Below are positions 36,825 to 37,243 of a stretch of DNA of 37,243 bases, in pieces. A program made the translations under genes and the position numbers. Every line of letters begins with the position of its first letter. Position 1 is the stretch's first letter. Under the pieces are notes generated by a model. The model was given only the letters and a program-made list of their open reading frames with translations. It was not told the DNA's origin and made no database searches. This stretch comes from an uncultured archaeon (GTDB lineage: Archaea; Asgardarchaeota; Lokiarchaeia; Sigyniarchaeales; SOKP01): the NCBI GenBank assembly GCA_964525635.1, contig CAZGJX010000002.1, positions 76,124 to 113,366 on the forward strand, written 5' to 3'.

Positions 36825-37243
36825 ATGTTAGATTATAATGCAGGACAAGTAAAATTAATTGACCGCATCCAAAGTACATGGTTAGTCAAGAAGAGTTTTC
36901 CCCATATGCAGGAGAAGGGGGTTATTATGGATATTACAACTGTAGAACAAGCTCAAATAGCGGAACAAGCAGGAGCTGTGGCTGTAATGCTATTAGATAA
37001 ATTACCTTATGATATAAGGCAAAGTGGGGGTATTGCTCGAACAGCTTCAGTAAAATTATATGATGAGATTCGGGAACATATTTCAATTCCAATTATGATG
37101 AAATGTAGAATTGGTCATATAGGTGAAGCTCGTGTATTGGAAGCAGCAGGAGTTGATACTATCGATGAAAGTGAAGTACTTACACCTGCAGATACAGAAC
37201 ATCATATATGGAAACATGATTTTAAAGTACCTTTTGTATGTGG
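36825..37243 (+). CDS. pdxS: pyridoxal 5'-phosphate synthase lyase subunit (3' truncated)
   Basis: Manual translation: [24 protein letters not shown]...GGIAR...[17 protein letters not shown]...[10 protein letters not shown]...FKVPFVC; runs off the window. Confidence 0.93.
   Translation, partial: MLDYNAGQVKLIDRIQSTWLVKKSFPHMQEKGVIMDITTVEQAQIAEQAGAVAVMLLDKLPYDIRQSGGIARTASVKLYDEIREHISIPIMMKCRIGHIGEARVLEAAGVDTIDESEVLTPADTEHHIWKHDFKVPFVC

Noticed and set aside
1-37243. CRISPR arrays, tRNA and rRNA genes
   Set aside because: No regularly spaced repeats or GC-rich structured stretches seen by eye; a covariance-model scan would be needed to exclude small RNAs.

Overview
Very AT-rich archaeal chromosomal segment that looks like Asgard archaea, most likely Lokiarchaeia. 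The assignment is inferred from gene content: a Loki-CTERM-type IPGY sorting tail, a Rab-like GTPase, an actin-family protein, a longin-like protein and an archaeal ASH-Ski2-type helicase. About 35 coding regions are present, including housekeeping genes (guaB, purH, folD, pdxS), a MacB/LolDE-type ABC system, a GH5 glycosidase and several eukaryote-like proteins. The most notable items are: (1) an actin-related protein with a ~135-aa insert carrying two zinc ribbons and with altered ATPase residues; (2) a 915-aa HEAT plus tandem winged-helix protein resembling UFL1/PCI scaffolds; (3) an SSUH2-like CxxCxGxG zinc-finger protein; (4) an operon of a C4C4 RING-like protein, an acyl-CoA ligase and a Ser/Asp pair of membrane hydrolases; (5) a longin gene coupled to a degenerate DRG GTPase; (6) a 119-bp MITE with an 8-bp target duplication upstream of guaB; (7) paired operators next to tandem GbsR regulators; (8) two interrupted membrane-protein genes. 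No rRNA, tRNA or CRISPR array was seen. All family calls are by-eye motif recognition without database searches.
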